The notes: generated by a model not told the origin, from the letters alone. Positions 44,430 to 57,758 are shown, numbered from the stretch's first letter. The stretch: 64,000 nucleotides of DNA from Eledone cirrhosa (GCA_964016885.1 OZ024743.1:8184001-8248000), one strand, 5' to 3'. Program-made: numbers and translations.

Positions 44430-44799
44430 TACTCACTCAGTACTGAGTCAAGAATAAGCTTATATACTTTTTAATATAAAACAATAGCTATGGATATTGA
44501 TTTTGTATTGTGTGAACTTGACTAACTACAATTAATTAGAAGTAGCACTACCGTAGCATGATATATAAAAGTAATGTATTATGAAACCATATATGATATA
44601 TTTATGTATTTCAAACATATATAAGTCTAGCTACGTATGTATTAAGCCCTGATCATGTCAGTTATCTGAAATTTACGAGAATGTTTTACTTTTTTTAAAG
44701 GTTACCACAACACATAAAAACTATAATATAGTTAAATAAAATTGAGACGGAAAAAAAAATCAAAATGGATATGCGTTTGTAAAAAGCAAAAACGTTTAC

Positions 44800-44990
<191 letters not shown>

Positions 44991-45064
44991 AGTTTATCCC
45001 GGGTTCAATCGGGTTAACCACAGTAAGTAAGGTACTCAATACATAGCAGAGTACAAATATTTAG

Positions 45065-45115
45065 GGCTTCCTGATGATTTCTCCCGAATGAAACAGTTCT
45101 AGTCCTGTAGAAGCC
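45065..45115 (+). ncRNA. Compact, intact hammerhead ribozyme (GUA site) in element 44992-45130
   Basis: ggcttc CTGATGA t ttc-tccc-gaa t GAAA cag-ttctagtc-ctg TA gaagcc. Confidence 0.88.
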
Positions 45116-45142
45116 ATTTCTATATTAAATATATATATATAT

Positions 45143-45330
45143 AAGTGGTTACACAACAGTTAGTTCACCATACCGAGAACAATTGTTTCACCTTAGCGGA
45201 TCTTCAACTGAAGATCCGCTAAGGTGAAACGATTGTTCTCGGTATGGTGAACTAACTGTTGTGCAACCACTTCTACCTAACTCGTCCCTTGGACTGAGTG
45301 TTCTACCACTACGGATATTACCTTCCAGTG
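45143..45330 (+). mobile_element. Fold-back element (64-bp arms 45143-45206 / 45209-45272) centred on a hammerhead core
   Basis: ...tcttca a CTGAAGA t cc-gctaa-gg t GAAA cgattg TT ctcgg; the 5' strand of stem I is replaced by the inversion. Confidence 0.8.
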
Positions 45331-45339
45331 TATAAATAA

Positions 45340-45650
45340 ATAAATAAACAGACTAAATAAAGATGGCGTAGGCATACAATACAACGGGAGGAAACATAAT
45401 AGCACCACTGACGATGTTGCAGATGTGCAACGAAAGAACTTTGTTAGACTACATATATATGTGTTTGTGTCTATATTGTATCTGTATTTTTGACCGTTGG
45501 TCAGTCAATGGTAATATTGAGGACCGAATCAATTAAATTAACCGATATAAAAGACACAGAAGCGAAAACCAACCAAACAGTGAGTGTGTTCTGTTATTAT
45601 TTCTGGCAATATTATTACACAAATATGACCCTCCCCAAGTATAACAATAT
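45340..45650 (+). mobile_element. Diverged relative of the 5898-6410 element, with a hammerhead at about 45405-45445
   Basis: CTGACGA t gttgca-gatg-tgcaac GAAA gaactt tg; same 3' end, followed by (TA)n. Confidence 0.65.
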
Positions 45651-45906
45651 ATATATATATAAGTTTAACGCTTGATATAGTAGGAAAGAGTCTTGACATT
45701 TTGGACATTAGTATATAATCGGAAAATAGAATGAGAGAGAGAGAAGAATAGATAAAAAAAAACAGACTTCAGTAAGTAAAGAAAATAAAACAGGAAAAAT
45801 AATATTAGGAGAAAAACAGTTTAGTTAGATAGCCATTTTGGAAAGATACAGGTCAGTTGGAACTTACAAAAGGAAGAGAAGAGTTAGACATCGTTGAGTT
45901 AGAATT

Positions 45907-46021
<115 letters not shown>

Positions 46022-46513
46022 ACAAAGTTATGAGTGTATGATAGGCTATGATATGAATGAGATATTTATCTCATAAAGAGGTTTAATGAAGGTTGAAAAT
46101 CAGAAACAGTTCCGCTAAAAATTGTTGTGGAACGAAAGAAAGAGTACCCATAGGACAAAGGACACCGTTTCCGGTTATAAATTTCATTCATAAAAGTATT
46201 TCTCTCTTTAATCTCAATATTATTCTGAAATTACAACGTATTCCTCCTGCTTATTTTCATTTCATTCTGTTGTGTGATGTCCTCATTAGATTCATTAAAG
46301 TGAACAAAAAAGACAATATACTACAGGCTGGTCGTGAATAAAAAGATGTGAAAGTGGCAAACCTTTAAATATTATTCAACTGATCTATAATTGGACATAC
46401 TTCGTTATTTCGTCAACTTAAATACGGGCATATTCAACATGAGATGATTGGCAAATAGTTTACAAAATGGATACCCTAATACACTCTCAGTCTCCCTGAC
46501 TCTCTCTCTCTCG

Positions 46514-46657
<144 letters not shown>

Positions 46658-48299
46658 ATATATATATGGAAATTGGGATAACTCCGATATAAAACATGCG
46701 GCTCAGTAGTTACCGATGATGTTGATCTTTCTTTCTTTTCGGGTTATAGCTACTGTCGCTCAGAGAGTGGGATTGGCTCAGTGCACAGTCTTGCCTCACT
46801 TTAAAAAATATCTTCACACACAGGCATTGCACGATAGAATTAATTAATAATTATTAATAATGGTATATCGTGCAATGGTCATACTCGATAACGAGGGGGC
46901 AGCCATCATGTATGTATGTATGAGATAATGCTTTTTGGAAAGTAATTAACCTCACAACATCTCTTTTCAAGTCCCCAACATATCTGACGACTTATGCCTA
47001 TGTAAGAAATTATCTTTGTTGCTATTTTCTTGTCTCATCTTTAGTAGAGGAGATAAAGCAAAATTAAAAATAAAAATGTTGGAGACGTTTCGTGTGTTTT
47101 CCCTCTCACTATATATTTGAGGCTGTGTGTTTGTATAAAAATAACATTTAGCATACCACTAGCAGATTCTGTTGATATTGTCATCACTGTTGTTCTTTTC
47201 ATTGTTGTTGTTGGTGGTGGTGGTAATAATGATAATGATGATGACTGACGATTTCTTAGTCGTCTTTGTCTTTTCAGTCGTATAACCTTTATTAAGGACA
47301 TATCTTGGTAACTGTAAAGTTAAGGGAAATGTGAAGCTAGTGACAGGATATATTACGACAAACCAAACTCTCACGGTTCACTGAGCTGAAACTAGCATTG
47401 TTTTTAAAATATGATATGTAATGTTACATGTCCACGATTAATAAAAAAAAAATGAAAGATGGCATTGAAAGAAGAAATCTAAGTTTATTTTTCTATTACT
47501 TTTGGCATTATGTTGAATGTTTTAACATTGAGACTATTGTAAACATTAAGAATAATCAAAAGCTTTAACAAAATAAGCAAACCGAATAATTTTAAAACAT
47601 CTGTCCAATGAAGGATCACGTGATTTATGGTCTTATGTATAAAATGAATATAGCGGGATGGAAATTCTTTTTTTTTCTGATTATATCTTACTTTTCATTA
47701 AACGGCAGCATTGGTGGTTGACCATACTGAAGAAGACATTGATCTCGAGACCAGAAGAAAGTCCATGTCGGCCAGTGTCTGTCGCTAGATCGATGATTGG
47801 ACTCGGTCCTGATACTTCAAGGGAATAATAACGGAGACATGATTGTGAACAATTTAGCTAGAGTCACCCAGGAACAGGATGAGAAGGATTTATCCCTGGA
47901 TGATTGGAAATATGTGGCACTTCCTCCTCCCTCATTGTCCTGGATCAAATATAGATTAAGTTTGGGAATATGGCATCTGGAAAAGTTGTCCTTTCTATAT
48001 TAACTATTTAAATTTTATACCAATTAAGACGTATTCTTATTATCCACACAATTAATTTGCCCCTTGTACAATGCAGAAAAGAAAACAACCACAATGAAAT
48101 TATTACAACTATTAAATACCGTCTTATGGGTGGGAATATAATAGAGTGAAATAGGAAATAAAACAAAAGAATGGCCAAGCGTCACGTATCTAGCATCAGG
48201 AATTATCTAGCTCAAAATTAATATATACATTATAGATATTACAGAAAAAAATGTTTGAACTATTTTTCTTTGTTTTATCATATTTACACGGAGAAGAAA

Positions 48300-48760
48300 A
48301 GGCCTCACCCATGTCACATACACGTTCTTGTCTAGAATGATCGAGTAGAAGTTCAGTTTGAACACGTGTAAATCTACATTTGCGGAAAAGATGTGGAAAG
48401 AGAACCAGTCAAAGATATTTTCTGCTCAAGGAAAGAATAATTGTGCAAGCTTTGATTGGTTATAATAGGGACGGAGAGAGTAGAAGGAAAGCAGGTGCAG
48501 CAGATGGGTCGATGTATAGTGTGATGTGTAACTACCTAGATAACGGTGCAAAAATCGGTGTATTAGTGGTCGAACAGAGAAACAATAGTACGTCTGTAGG
48601 CCAAATATTATAGTATGTTAATGATTAATATTTGCCACTCCGGAGAAAAGCCTTCTTTAGGATGCGATCTAAGAGGTATGTGTGTGAAACAGCTGCAGCT
48701 CTGTCCCAGATAATTGAGCAGTGCTCTAAAGTGGGTCTTACTTGAACCGATCAAGAATGA
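48300..48760 (-). mobile_element. CR1/L2-superfamily LINE 3' relic
   Basis: Minus strand QVRPTLEHCSIIWD...LLDRILRR resembles the post-RT RP.LEY.S.IW segment. Confidence 0.55.
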
Positions 48761-48833
48761 ATTGTTTTCTGCCACTTAAGAGAGACCTAGTTTGAGGGAT
48801 CCAGACATGACAATATATGTGTGTGAGGTTGCC

Positions 48834-48899
<66 letters not shown>

Positions 48900-50855
48900 A
48901 TTAATGATATATCTGTATATGGCTTTGGTTGGGATTTTGGAGATTTTAGATGTGTTTTGTTCATACATAAACAGTGTATTGCAAAATTGTTTTATTCATA
49001 TGTGTAGCGACTGTGCCTTCATGCTCCTGAAGTGAAAATGTTCATATTTCTGACGTCATATCTTTAGATTGTGTGTGCAAAACACATATGGGGTAGAATA
49101 TGAAGAAAGAGTAGATAATGATATCTGCTTTGAAGTAACACAAGTAGATAGTTGAAAATGAGAGACTGGTAGCTGTAGCCAAACCTTAAGGTGCACTGGA
49201 ATTGTAAGAATATGGATCATAAAGGGCCCTGCTAGTGAATGCAACAAAGGTGTAATCTACATAATATATTTCTAATTCAATAAAAGAGGGAGTTTAATAG
49301 TGAGTTTATTCCAGAGGGTAGTGGATAGCGAAACCATGCAATACACAACAAAATAAACGAACCATCGAAGAAGTTTCTTTGTGATCCCTTGGTCTGCTTA
49401 GAAATAGCAGCAATATCTCCTTCACATAGCAATCCCCAGTCATTAAAAGGCATTATATAACGTAGTCCTACATACCACTAAAATTAGAAGAGTCTCAGGA
49501 CTGAAATGCTGTTGATCATAGGTCCACTTTATCAAGAATGACATGGAACTAAACAACAACAACTAGCAATATTTAGTTGAGTATCTGAGTTCAAATTCCA
49601 CAGAGTTCTCCGTTTGGTGTTGTAAAAATAAATATGTCCTGTACTGGGGTTGATTCAATCAAGTGTTCTTGCCGTAAATATTTCAGCTTTAGGCATATGT
49701 TAGATATAATATTTTTTTTCAAATATAGAGAGTGTGAAAGGTTTGTTCTTAACAGAACAACGTAAGGCATGGAATTTTTTTTTTTTTTTTTTTTTTTAAA
49801 TCATGAATTTTGAGTAGTTAAATCCTGACTCAAATTCTTCGTTTAAATAAAGAAATGAGTACGAGATTCAATCGGCTATGCAGAAACTGACAATGTACTT
49901 ATTCAAATCTAGCAGAATGCCTGCGAAAAAAGTTAGTATGTTAGTTCAATACTGGTTGTGTGTTTATGCACATTCCTGGTAAATGTTAAAAATAAAAGAA
50001 ACATGAAATAATCAATCGCTCTGCTAAATAACCTATAAGTTGCTTCAAAACTTTTAAAACATTTGAGTAAGAAAAAGTAAATTATAGTCATTATTTAGTA
50101 CTAAATCTACTAAATCTAATGTGTCGATTAATTAGTTTCTAAATCTATTAGATATAGGGATGCCGATAGGGGATGTAATTTAATAATATTTTGTACAAAA
50201 GAAAATGAATTGAAAAAATAGACCACGGAGAAGAGAGAAAACGCAAAAAGGAAAAAAAATCAAAGAAAACTCAGCATGCCAGCATGGTTTGAAAAGTTAA
50301 TATAATCTTTCTACACAAGGTTGCGTGAGTGTTATCTAACATATACCATATGACTAAGTTTAAAACTACATTTCATGAATAGATTTATACAAAATAAAAT
50401 ACCATTGCATGATTAAAACATAATACTGTTCTCGTTGGTGTCTCGATCGCAATATGTGGTCTTGCTATTTTCTGTAGATAAAAGACGGAAACTTGTATGA
50501 CGGCTGACCATACCACATCAGGAAGACTTGATGAAATGCAATGAGAAATGCAGAAAATAAACATCTGTAATGAAACAACAGCTGCAATAATAGTGGTAAA
50601 AATAATAAACATAGTTCATGAGAAGTGTAGATTAGAGTGAATGCACTTGATATAAGAAGAGGAGAATTGGGGTGTAATTATTGTTTATCTATGGATTCAT
50701 TTAGTAATCAACACAAAAATGTATAAATAAAGCTTTATATTAATAGAAGGTACAGTAAGACTAATGAAAATAATACACATAATACATGTACTTGTATAGA
50801 TGTGAACAAACACATGCACACATATATGCATATTATATATATATATATATATATA

Positions 50856-51046
50856 GGAAAATAGTCAGGACCCCAACGGCTGAGCTCCAGCCGTTTTGGG
50901 AGCTAGATCCGAACTAGCTGTCGAAAAGGCCGGAGCTCAGCCGTCGGTGTCCTGACTCTTTTCCTATTACCCACTCTACTACCCTAAGTATTATGTACTT
51001 TGGTGCGTTATGGTCCACCTGGTATCTTTCCACACCTTCTTTGTTA
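50856..51046 (+). mobile_element. Fold-back PLE 3'-end remnant retaining the 3' half of a hammerhead
   Basis: Inverted arms ggaaaatagtcagga..acggctgagctcc / ggagctcagccgt..tcctgactcttttcc; GAAA-stem III-GTC; tail shared with 22940-23058. Confidence 0.6.
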
Positions 51047-51099
51047 TATATATATATGTGTGTGCGGGGGTGGGGGTATATATATATACATATATATAT

Positions 51100-51575
51100 A
51101 TATGGGGAGAGAGTAGTAGAGGATGTGGTGGTGGTTATGAGTGGCGTGTGTGGGGTCAGTTGTGGTGACAGAAAGGGATTTAGGGGCGAATGAATAGGGA
51201 GATGTATGTAAAGAGATGATAGGGTCAAAGTTGGTGGTATGAGCTAGCAAGGGGGAGGGGCAGAGTGAATCAAATTTATGTTTCTTGGTGGGGTTTAGGA
51301 AGTTGAAGAGGAGACGGTTAAGGTGGAGAATTAGTTGGACGATAGAGTGGGCGAGGAGGGATGGCGTGTAGAGGAGAGATGAAGGTATGTTTGGGCAGCG
51401 GTGGAGAGGACGGATCCGAGAGAGGCTGGCACGGCACAGAGGGTTGTGCGCATGAGATGATGGGAGGAGCGGATAAGGATGGGTTCTATAGTGGGGGTGG
51501 AGTAGGACGTGGGGTGGCAGTGGAGGCAAAAACCTCGGGAAACGAGGTGCAATCAATAACCTCTCTTCATACATC
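51100..51575 (-). pseudogene. Probable N-terminal/5' part of the Neptune-type PLE, inverted relative to its RT
   Basis: Mirror-image C/T-rich composition on the minus strand; reads LVSRGFCLHCH...RSSHHLMRTTL; abuts the RT relic. Confidence 0.4.
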
Positions 51576-52555
51576 CTAGATACCTATCATGCCTTCCGAT
51601 CTTTAACTCCTTCTCTTTCTCTTCTGGCCCCTTTCACCATTTCTCAACGGACACCGTTACCCCTCGCGATTACGGTTTTGCTTTTTCTGGAGAGCATTAC
51701 CATCAAGTTTTTTTGGGTAGCCACGGGTACTAAAATGGGTCCGAACTACACCAATGGGTCCGTCGGCTATGTCGAAGCTCAAATCTTCTCTCAGTATACT
51801 GGACCTCGACTCCTTTCTTTTGTCCAGTCTTTCTATCTCGCCCTTACCTTCACTATCCCCGTCTCCAACTCTTTCATCCAATTTCTAGACATCTCCCTCT
51901 TCATTAACCACTCTCGCCACCCTCACACACCTTCCATCTTCTATAAAACACTGACGCACTACTAACTGAACTTCACCTTCTTCCACCCCACCCACACCAA
52001 ACTCTCCATACCCTACTCCCAATTCCTCCGTCTTCGTCAGCTCAGTAGCCATCACCATGATTTCGAAACCCAATCCTAACATATGGCCTCCCGCTTCATC
52101 CAGCATGGTTATCCCCTCCCCCCGTCCTGACTCAAGCTGCCTTCACTCGCTCCCGTGAAACCGACTGTACCAGAGCCCTCTCACCCAACGACCCCCCCCC
52201 CCCCCACACATACACACACACGATTTTCTCCCCCTCTCACCTACCACCCCATCACCTTACCTCCCCGGCTCCATATCCTCCTTTGTTTCCGCACCATCTC
52301 TTCTGACCCCGTCATTTCACGCTTCTTTCCCAACCCACCCATCACCACCTTTAATCATACCCGTAATGCCTGTGACCTACTTGTGCGAAGTTCCTCTCTT
52401 CTCCCCCTAGGACTCCACATGGCTTCCGTCTGTTATCGCCCCCGATGTAACACCTGTCCATTCATTTCCAACCTCACCACTCTTACGAGCACTAACGGTT
52501 CTTTACGTATCCACCACTCTTTCACCTGCACCTCCATCAACGTATTTCCTAGACA
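51570..52555 (+). pseudogene. Decayed Neptune-type PLE (RT, thumb, Cys linker)
   Basis: VATGTKMGPNYTN..VGYVE.QIF, FLDISL, HPTHTKLSIPYSQFLRLRQL, LTYHP, C.RPRCNTCPFI and FTCTS.NV, with stops and frameshifts. Decayed hammerhead downstream at 53243-53275. Confidence 0.85.
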
Positions 52556-53435
52556 TGTGTACCCTTAATGTTACCAAGCCATTTCTATAGCCCCAAATTC
52601 AAACAGACGACTTGTCTTATAATGAGATCGAAACCATATTCACATGATTACTCAATCGAGTAATTTTAATTAGGTCCTTTTCATTTTAGTAATGTAATAT
52701 TTTCACCCTTGACCAACAAAGTACTTATTCTTTATTACATACATTGAATCATTTATAACTGTTTGGAGCCCAACAGATCAGCGCTGTGTCATTTAGGCTT
52801 AATTAGAGATCAACTTTCTACCATCTTCAACCTTCCACTGACCTCTTTTTCCAGTTTCCTCCCTCCTTCTCATCCCACCCAGTTTCCCACTACTAATTAG
52901 TTCACCCCACCCCCCATCTCTCTTTACGAGTAGGTAGCTCCTAGTACAATTCTACATACAGAGATCACATCCTATTTCTCACTATTTCCCTCCTCCTTTT
53001 CTTCTGTCTCTTTTTCATTCTTTCTCTCTCCCTACCAACTGATACTACCACCCTTTTCGCCACTCCAACATACCCCACTCCAATCTGCTCTTACCTCCAC
53101 ATCATATTTATTTGTCCACTCTTTGTCCTAACGGTCAAACTTATTTTATTCAAAAGGGTATAGCCATTTAAACCAGAGTTGTTCTTCAGCTTTGTCTTGT
53201 TACAAAACTGTTTTTCTCTCTTTTTTTTTCTTTTATTCCTCAACTTTGATGAAGGTCTTAACCCGAGACGTCAGATCTTTTTACTCTTTAAATTCGTGTA
53301 AATATTTCCAGTGTACCCACTTTGCTCATGTTTTTATGAATATATTTTGTCAATCACATGTCTTTTATTTTTTACATTTCTCCCCATTTTACTCTGTTTT
53401 AACTGTTTGCTCTCTTGTCCAGTTGTGTCCTTTTT

Positions 53436-53499
<64 letters not shown>

Positions 53500-53524
53500 G
53501 AGAGAGAAAGAGAGAGGGGGGGGG

Positions 53525-53562
<38 letters not shown>

Positions 53563-53699
53563 TTTGATGTACACTCAATACTAAACTATTAGCTATTGAC
53601 CGTAGTAAGCACAAAATAGTTATCAAGACTTTATACAAAATAAATAGTTATTTAAATTCTTCTATTTACTCTCACGATTGTGTCAGAGAAGGGACTGAA

Positions 53700-54030
53700 G
53701 GATCTTTGGAGTAACGTGACTTGATAGACTGAGTAACTCGGAGATCAGGGAGTCGCTCCAGGTAGAGCCGCTACTTCTCTAAATTGAGAGATCACAGCCC
53801 CAATATTACGGGCATGTGGTTAGAATGTCTCAGGAAAGAATCTCTGGAAAGATTTTACTGGCAAAACCACCCGGCAGGAGACCCTGGGGTCGATCTGAAG
53901 CAAGACGGTTTGATAACATCCATGACTTTGGCTGGTCTCACTCGAGGATCCAGCTGGATCAGTTGGAAACGGTTGCCTCTGACAGGACCCGCTGGAAAGA
54001 GTGTTTGGTGACTCTGCCATCACGAGATTT
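53700..54030 (+). mobile_element. RTE (Expander-like) LINE 3' end
   Basis: SEIRESLQVEPLLL.IERSQ..YYGHVVRMSQERI...PGRRPWGR...DRTRWKECLVTLP. Confidence 0.75.
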
Positions 54031-54799
54031 GTCAGAGATATCCTACCATGCCTACAATAGAAAATAGAAAATATTACCGAAAATTAATATATTTTAAATC
54101 CCTGTTCAAAAAGTATGTAGAATATTTAATTGATGACAATAATAACAGCTTAAGAAATACTTCGTTAGAACAACAAAAATGTAACCGTGTTTTCCTTTAA
54201 AATTGAACAGCGTGACTTGTAGGAGTTCGACTGTTATTTCGAGTTGGTCAACAGCCCACATGAATGGTCCTTCGCTGTTCTGTACTTGTCTCTAAGTATG
54301 TAAGTTTTCAGCCATTCACTATTACAAGATTTGGCGTGGTGGTGCGCATGCGGGCCTGTGTCGATATAATTGTGTGTGCATGAGTATGTGTTGGTGCGTG
54401 ATGTCGAGTATGCTTATTTAACTCTGTGAATGCATTCGTTATTATATTTGTGTGTGTTAAGGAAGGGAGTGGCTGTTGTTGTATGGTTGTGTGCTTGTGA
54501 AGCAAGTATTCGAAACAGGTAGCTGTAATAGCCGCCGGAGATGTTTCTCTATTGATATATATATATAACATAGGTAGATAAATAAAAAAGGTTTCTTGCA
54601 AGAGTTGTCGCTCGCAAAACTTATTAAAAATTATTTTATGAACTCTTATGCTACAAGTAATGAACAAAAGTACACAAACAGATATTTGATATAATACACA
54701 CACATATATACATATACACACAATTAATAAGCCGGGGCGGGGTTATTCAAGCCATGAGAGTACGTAAGAATGAAAACTCAATACCGGAGTACAGTTTAA

Positions 54800-54952
54800 A
54801 TATTCATTTATTATGTTTAAGTAATGAACCTTATTACTTTGGAGTCTCACCTGCGCACTTACATAATCATCAAACAAGACTGGAGATCCTGTGAGTGAGC
54901 AGGTGGAACTTTAGAGTAACAAAGCTCACCAATAGCCATAATAAATGAATGT
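54800..54952. mobile_element. Old, diverged fold-back with two decayed hammerhead cores
   Basis: attcatttattatg / cataataaatgaat arms; plus strand ctggaga tcctg..cagg t ggaa; minus strand ttgatga...t gaga ctccaaag ta. Confidence 0.5.
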
Positions 54953-54953
54953 T

Positions 54954-54994
<41 letters not shown>

Positions 54995-54998
<4 letters not shown>

Positions 54999-55170
54999 AT
55001 AATAATAAATGTGAAGACTAAAATCCAAAGCGGGCTCGATAAGGATAAATATATATCAAATATATATGAACCCTAGTGCAAATATTTATTAAAATAACAG
55101 ATTAAAGTTTAAGCAAAGAATCGCAGCAATTCTTTGCTTAAACTTTAATCTGTTATTTTAATAAATATTT
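54995..55170 (+). mobile_element. Copy of the 20772 element with a perfect 42-bp hairpin (55080-55121 / 55129-55170)
   Basis: Shared agtaataataataaat.tgaagactaaaatccaaag..ggctcgataaggataa start and attctttgcttaaactttaatctgttattttaataaata end. Confidence 0.7.
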
Positions 55171-55178
55171 ATATATAT

Positions 55179-55236
55179 GTTTATCCCGGGTTCCAATGAA
55201 ACAGTTCTAGTCCTGTACAAGCCATTTCTATATTAA

Positions 55237-55238
<2 letters not shown>
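55179..55238 (+). mobile_element. Internally deleted copy of the 44992-45130 hammerhead element
   Basis: gtttatcccgggttc joined directly to aatgaaacagttctagtcctgtacaagccatttctatattaaat. Confidence 0.75.
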
Positions 55239-55258
<20 letters not shown>

Positions 55259-55272
<14 letters not shown>

Positions 55273-56599
55273 TGGTTTTACGTATCGTAAAACCAACCAT
55301 GAAAATTTAGAATGCATAAACCTTGAAGCCTATGAGATTATGTCAAAACTTGGCATTGAAAAAAAGACCGAACCATTCCTCCCAAGAACTCCGAGGATAA
55401 ATCTCAAGGATCACAAAAACAATTTTCGCACTGAACTACCTGTTAGATTAATCGCCCCCTCTAAATCTGATCTGGGGGTTGTTAGTAAAGCCATCTTGGA
55501 TAGAATTATCCCACAGGTTAGTTCTAATTGCTCTTCTTTGAACCTAAATTTATGGTTTGGTACTTCTGATGTGATTGGCTGGTTCAACAAATTGGATAAT
55601 AAAAACAAACTAAAATTTATTCAATTTGATATTGCCAGCTACTATTCCTCCATTTCGCCTTCACTTCTCAATAATGCTCTATCTTTCGCACTTAAATATT
55701 CTGACATCACCACAGATGAACTTCACATCATTCTCACCGCACGTAAAACCATCCTAGAGTTCAACAACGAATATTGGACCAGAGCCGATACCTCTAACAA
55801 CTTCGACATCACAATGGGAGCATCCGATTCATCCCAATTGACTGATTTAATTGGTATCTTCATTTTGAACTCTTTGAGTCGGAAAATTCCTCAACTTCGC
55901 GGTGGAATTTATCGTGACGATGGACTCTTTACTATCCTAAATTGCAATATAGTTAACCTTAATATTATTAAGAACAATATACGTAATCTCTTTAACCAAC
56001 ATAACCTAAAAATTGAATTTGATAATAGTATCAAACTAGCTAATTTCTTGGATGTATCTCTTAATCTTGACACTGGCCTATATTACCCTTACCATAAAAA
56101 CAATGAGAACCTAAATTATGTTAACTTTAAATCTAACCATCCTACCAATATCAAGAATGCTATAGTTAATAATATTGGAAAAAGAATATCTAACATATCT
56201 TCTAATAAAAACATATTTGATGCTAACGCCAATTACTATAATAACGCACTTTCTAAAGCCGGCTATCCAGATAAAATCAAATATAGTAAAGAAACAAATT
56301 CTAGAAAAACTTACAGTAGAATAATTAATCATGACCATTCCAATAATTTTAATAAAAGACCTAGATACAAAAACATAATCTGGTATAATGCTCCTTTCTC
56401 CATCTCTATTAATAACAATATTCCTAAATTATTTTTTAGTGCCTTAAATAAATGCTTCCCTCCCTCACATATCTATAGTAAAATATTTAACAAACACACC
56501 ATCAAATTTTCGTATTCTACATCCTCCAATATTTCCAACATCATCTCTAAACACAACAATAAAATACTAAATACTAAATCTCTTCCTTCCAATATTTAA
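55259..56599 (+). CDS. Penelope-like (Naiad-type) reverse transcriptase, N-terminally truncated, ending at a premature TAA
   Basis: 446-aa ORF whose first residues are (GT)n-derived; first in-element ATG at 55340. Motifs KDHKNNF, RLIAPSKSDLG, FDIASYYSSI, YRDDGL, thumb SNHP..I and IIWYNAPFS. Confidence 0.88.
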
Positions 56600-57229
56600 T
56601 TTCATAATAACAGTAATAGTACTCCCGACGTCATTGTAAACCCTAGGCTAACTTCTGTAAACCCAAATACAACGTCAAACACAACTTCGCTAAATGTTCA
56701 TAATCCAACTCTAAATCAAGAAACTATTATTCCTATTATTCCTATCGCAAACAACTTCTCCAATCCAATTCCTTCTATAGATAACACTAGGTCACTCATT
56801 AATAATCTCTCTAATTGCAACTGCCGCATTAAAAATAAATGTCCTCTCAACAACCATTGTCTCGATAAAAACTTAATTTACGAATGTAAAGTTATAACTA
56901 GCACCAATTCCTTCACCTATTTTGGCTCCACTTCCACCTCTTTTAAAGCTCGTCTCTATAATCATCATTCATCTTTCAAATACAAACTTAAAAGAACCAA
57001 CACTGCTCTCTCAGAACTCATATGGTCCTTAAAATATACCATCTTTTGGAAGAAGATTTCTTCTGCATCCTCATACTTGAACAGCTCTCTATCTAAAATC
57101 TGTAATCTCTGCCTAAATGAAAAATTTACCATTATCTCTAACCTAGATTCTATAATAAATAGACGTACAGATTTGTTTTCTATCTGCCTGCATAAATTCC
57201 ATAGAACTTTTCACAAAGTATACAGTTAA
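56600..57229 (+). pseudogene. In-frame continuation of the PLE ORF: N/S/T/P-rich linker plus GIY-YIG endonuclease with Cys motifs
   Basis: Hand translation after the TAA is open for 209 codons: ...CNCRIKNKCPLNNHCLDKNLIYECKV...TYFGSTSTSFKARLYNHHSSF...TALSELIWSLK...CNLCLNEK...INRRTDLFSICLHK...VYS*. It is absent from the ORF track. Confidence 0.85.
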
Positions 57230-57685
57230 TATTCAATTCTTTATCAATTTAGAATCTTTTCTGAAAAGTTTATCACCCATCTCTCCCTCTCCACCTTCAC
57301 TCTCATCTCCTCCCCCTTTTTTCATCCTTTCCACCCCCCTCCCTAAATAAAATATTTTTCCCTCGCACATATCCTCCCTTCGTTAATTTTCAAAATTTTT
57401 TTTTTTTTTTTTTTTAAATTTATACATTATCTTCCAACGGTTTTCAACCTCTCTATGTAAAACAATATATCTCCTCTCAGTTATAAAAACTATCTCTTTC
57501 TCTCTATCACCCATCTCTCCCTCTCATCTCCTTCCCTTTTTCATCCTTTCCACCCCCCCCCCCCCCCCTCTCTCTAAATAAAATATTTTTCCCAATATCA
57601 CACATCAATCTAACACCACTTTTCATATGTTGATTTAAAACTGCACTATCCACAAGTGTTTTTTAGCCTTCATATCATGTTCTCC

Positions 57686-57758
57686 TGTTTTATCTGATGA
57701 AAACACAAATATTATTGCATGATGATGTTTGTTTTTGAAATGCGCATAATAAAATACA
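57686..57758 (+). ncRNA. Type I hammerhead ribozyme in the PLE 3' UTR
   Basis: Stem I tgttttat/ataaaata; CTGATGA 57694-57700; long AT-rich stem II; GAAA 57737-57740; palindromic stem III tgcgca; TA cleavage site. Confidence 0.8.

Noticed and set aside
47720-48003. GC-richer segment with a 68-aa ORF
   Set aside because: Possibly an old LINE relic, but I could not assign any motif.
54470-54535. GAAA-cag..ctg-TA with ggctgt/atagcc pairing as a hammerhead
   Set aside because: The CUGANGA core is missing; at most a decayed remnant.
56597-56599. Selenocysteine recoding in the Naiad ORF
   Set aside because: The stop is TAA rather than TGA, it is not at a conserved Cys position, and I identified no SECIS.
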